From: Octopus sinensis
Lineage: Eukaryota
Length of the DNA stretch: 28,085 nucleotides
Direction: 5' to 3'
Assembly (NCBI RefSeq): GCF_006345805.1
Contig: NW_021833564.1
Coordinates: forward strand, 1 to 28,085
Part shown: piece after piece, positions 25,468 to 28,085 of the stretch
Numbering within the stretch: the first letter of the stretch is position 1
How the letters are laid out: every line of letters begins with the position of its first letter
The notes under the pieces: generated by a model
Told to the model about the DNA's origin: nothing
The model's input: the letters and a program-made list of their open reading frames with translations, nothing else
Database searches by the model: none
Position numbers and translations under genes: made by a program

Positions 25468-25902
25468 GCAGGAGTGGCTGTGTGGTAAGTAGCTTGCCTA
25501 CCAACCACATGGTTCTGGGTTCAGTCCCACTGCATGGCATCTTGGGCAAGTGTCTTCTACTATATAGCCTTGGGCTAACCAATGCCTTGTGAGTGGATTT
25601 GGTAGACGGAAACTGAAAGAAGCCTGTCGTATATATGTATATATATATATGTATGTATGTGTATGTATATGTTTGTGTGTCTGTGTTTGTCCCTCTAGCA
25701 TTGCTTGACAACCGATGCTGGTGTGTTTACGTCTCCGTCACTTAGCGGTTCGGCAAAAAGAGACCGATAGAATAAGTACTGGGCTTACAAAGAATAAGTC
25801 CCGGGGTCGAGTTGCTCGACTAAAGGCGGTGCTCCAGCATGGCCGCAGTCAAATGACTGAAACAAGTAAAAGAGTAAAGAGTAAAGAGTAAAAGAGTAAA
25901 GA
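25468..25902 (+). mobile_element. Full-length tRNA-derived SINE of the same family with (AGAGTAA)n tail
   Basis: Highly similar to 24683-25077. Confidence 0.92.
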
Positions 25903-26085
25903 TAAACAACACAAACACACACATACAAAAACACATGCATGTGTGTGTGTGTGTGGGGTGGGGGAGGAATCTCTAATTAATTTCTGTTATCTTACCTGTG
26001 TACAGGACTGCAGATCACTCTTAGTGCTGTGGGTAATGTGTAACCCGACACAACCTGTTGCTTGGTTAGGCCAAACTGGCAAACT

Positions 26086-26637
26086 GGGGTCTGGGAAGCC
26101 AGAAGGCTGCACCAGGCCCAGTCTGATCTGAATGCCCTTCCTAACACCAACCACTCCGTGAGTGTAGTGGGTGCTTTTTACGTGCCACCGGCACAGGTGC
26201 CAGACGAGGCTGGCAAACGGCTACGATCGGATGGTGCTTTTTACGTGCCACCTGCACAGGTGCCAGACGAGGCTGGCAAACGGCCACGATCGGATGGTGC
26301 TTTTTACGTGCCACCTGCACAGGTGCCAGACGAGGCTGGCAAACGGCCACGATCGGATGGTGCTTTTTACGTGCCACCTGCACAGGTGCCAGACGAGGCT
26401 GGCAAACGGCTACGATCGGATGGTGCTTTTTACGTGCCACCTGCACAGGTGCCAGACGAGGCTGGCAAACGGCTACGATCGGATGGTGCTTTTTACGTGC
26501 CACTGCACATTGCAGACGAGGCTGGCAACGGCTACGATCGGCAAACGGCTACGATCGGATGGTGCTTTTTACGTGCCACCTGCACAGGTGCCAGACGAGG
26601 CTGGCAAACGGCCACGATCGGATGGTGCTTTTTACGT
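26086..26637 (-). mobile_element. Internal SINE fragment flanked by the 16-bp direct repeat GCCAAACTGGCAAACT
   Basis: Direct repeats at 26070-26085 and 26638-26653; homologous to 11500-11700. Confidence 0.75.
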
Positions 26638-26641
26638 GCCA
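26170..26641. repeat. 63-bp GC-rich minisatellite, 7 units plus a partial unit
   Basis: Units start at 26170, 26233, 26296, 26359, 26422, 26485 (rearranged), 26561 and 26624. Confidence 0.98.
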
Positions 26642-26955
26642 AACTGGCAAACTTATACAATGCCTGCTTGGTAAAAGGGGTGGTTTTTCATTGAACAACT
26701 TAGTTTAGTTTGGCTGTACTTCCAGATGTTTCGGTTATTCCATGTGAGCACGCCATCCATTATGGTCCCCCGTGCATGTTCTTAGTTTGTAAACATTTAC
26801 CGTTCCATTGTCCTGAAGTTAGTTGTTCACACATGTTAGACATTTTCCTCCCCTGTTGATTCTTCGTTCAACCGAATGCCATAAGACCAGCCGACACACA
26901 AGTTCTTCTGGGTGCCTGATGCAATGACCAACAATTCCCATTCTTCTCAAAAGTA

Positions 26956-27050
26956 GGGAGCTGGTAGAATTGTTAGTGTGCCAGGCACAAGGTGCTGAGC
27001 GGCGTTTCGTCCATCCTTACTTTCTGAGTTCTGCTGAGGTTGATTTCACT
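26956..27050 (+). mobile_element. Old 5' fragment of the SINE family seen at 890-1122
   Basis: GAGCTGGTAGAATTGTTAG...TTCTGAGTTC...GAGGTTGATTT aligns by eye to 895-990; the B box is partly deleted. Confidence 0.7.
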
Positions 27051-27337
27051 GAACACTCCACAGGACAAAACACAAAACCTGTCAGAGGGTGGATGAAGTC
27101 AGTAGAGTCTATGGCCACCCAACAGGTGGGTGTAAGAGACCCCCTAGTATTTGCATAAGTACATACACCCTCTCATTCCAGTCACTTTAGCTCTATCATT
27201 ATAATTTTGCAGCCTTCATCAACTCATCCTGATTCTTTTACCATTTCTTTCTCTTTTAATCACCTCCTCAGATATGTTATTTGAGTGAATGAACACATCA
27301 TACAGCAGTGAAGACTATGCGATACAAAGCTGTCTCA

Positions 27338-27341
27338 CTTC

Positions 27342-27373
<32 letters not shown>

Positions 27374-27868
27374 CTTCTTCTTCTTCTTCTTCTTCTTCTT
27401 CTCTTCTTCTTCTTCTTCTTCTTCCTTCTTCTTCTTCTCTCTTTCTTCTTCTTCTTCTTCTTCTTCCTTCTTCTTCTCTCTTTCTTCTTTTCTTCTTCTT
27501 CTTCTTCTTCTTCTCTCTTTTTCTTCTTTCTTCTTCTTCTTCTTCTTCTTCTCTTCTTCTTCTTAGTCTTCTTCTCTTCTTCTTCTTCTCTTTCTTTCTT
27601 CTTCTTCTTCTTCTTCTTCTTCTTCTCTTTCCTTCTTCTTCTTCTCTCTTTTCTTCTTCTCATTTCTTCTTCTTCTTCTCTTCTTCTTTTTGTTTCTTTC
27701 TTCTTCTTCTTCTTCTTCTTCTTCTTCTTCTTCTTCTTCTTCTTTCTTCTTCTGCTTCTCCTTCTCTTCTTCTCATTCTCCTCCTCCTCCTCCTCCCCTT
27801 CTTTCTTGTTCTTCTTCTTCCTCTTCTTCTCTTCTTCTTCTTCTCTTCTTCTTCTTCTTCTTCTTCTT

Positions 27869-27898
<30 letters not shown>
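27338..27898. repeat. (CTT)n / polypyrimidine tract, about 560 bp
   Basis: Directly visible; explains the poly-S/L/F and poly-R/K/E ORFs. Confidence 0.98.
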
Positions 27899-27899
<1 letters not shown>

Positions 27900-28000
27900 A
27901 TCCTTTTTGGCCCCTTATGGAGCATAGGGCCTCAACGGTTGTTTTCCACTTTTTGCAGTCATTGGCGTGTTTCTTGGCTGCTTCCCATGTCAGACAAATT
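27898..28000 (-). mobile_element. RTE-clade LINE 3' end
   Basis: Minus-strand translation LTWEAAKKHANDCKKWKTTVEALCSIRG matches the RTE C-terminal pattern W...A.DR..W...V.ALC and runs directly into (GAA)n. Confidence 0.75.
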
Positions 28001-28009
28001 ATGACTATG

Positions 28010-28055
28010 TTCTTACAATCATGACCACAAAACTCTAACCACTAGGCCAAGCGCC
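28010..28055 (-). mobile_element. tRNA-like SINE head fragment
   Basis: Minus strand GGCGCTTGGCCTAGTGGTTAGAG contains an A box; truncated next to the RTE fragment. Confidence 0.5.
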
Positions 28056-28085
28056 TTCATTGGTAACTTATCTAACTAAAACTAA

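Noticed and set aside
26062-26694. 210-aa ORF with 21-aa repeats
   Set aside because: A by-product of a stop-free 63-bp unit that is open in several frames on both strands and lies within a SINE fragment.
27289-28024. Poly-Ser/Leu/Phe and poly-Arg/Lys ORFs
   Set aside because: Translations of (CTT)n.

Overview
AT-rich, microsatellite-dense eukaryotic DNA. The SINE families and simple-repeat content resemble an octopus (coleoid cephalopod) genome; this is inferred from recalled sequences, not from a search. One plausible host coding exon is present (6072-6293, +), with a signal peptide, a strong splice donor and alpha2delta-like N-terminal sequence; the rest downstream looks intronic. The dominant feature is a ~11.8-kb array of a 29-bp satellite (11938-23722) with higher-order structure. 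It sits inside a decayed CR1-type LINE ORF2 and appears to derive from it. Also present: two Penelope-type hammerhead-ribozyme motifs (827-867 and 11210-11260, both minus strand), several tRNA-derived SINEs, CR1-type and RTE-type LINE 3' ends, a 63-bp minisatellite flanked by a 16-bp direct repeat, and a ~560-bp (CTT)n tract. Nearly all ORFs in the supplied track are translations of simple repeats. No CRISPR or prokaryotic system is supported.
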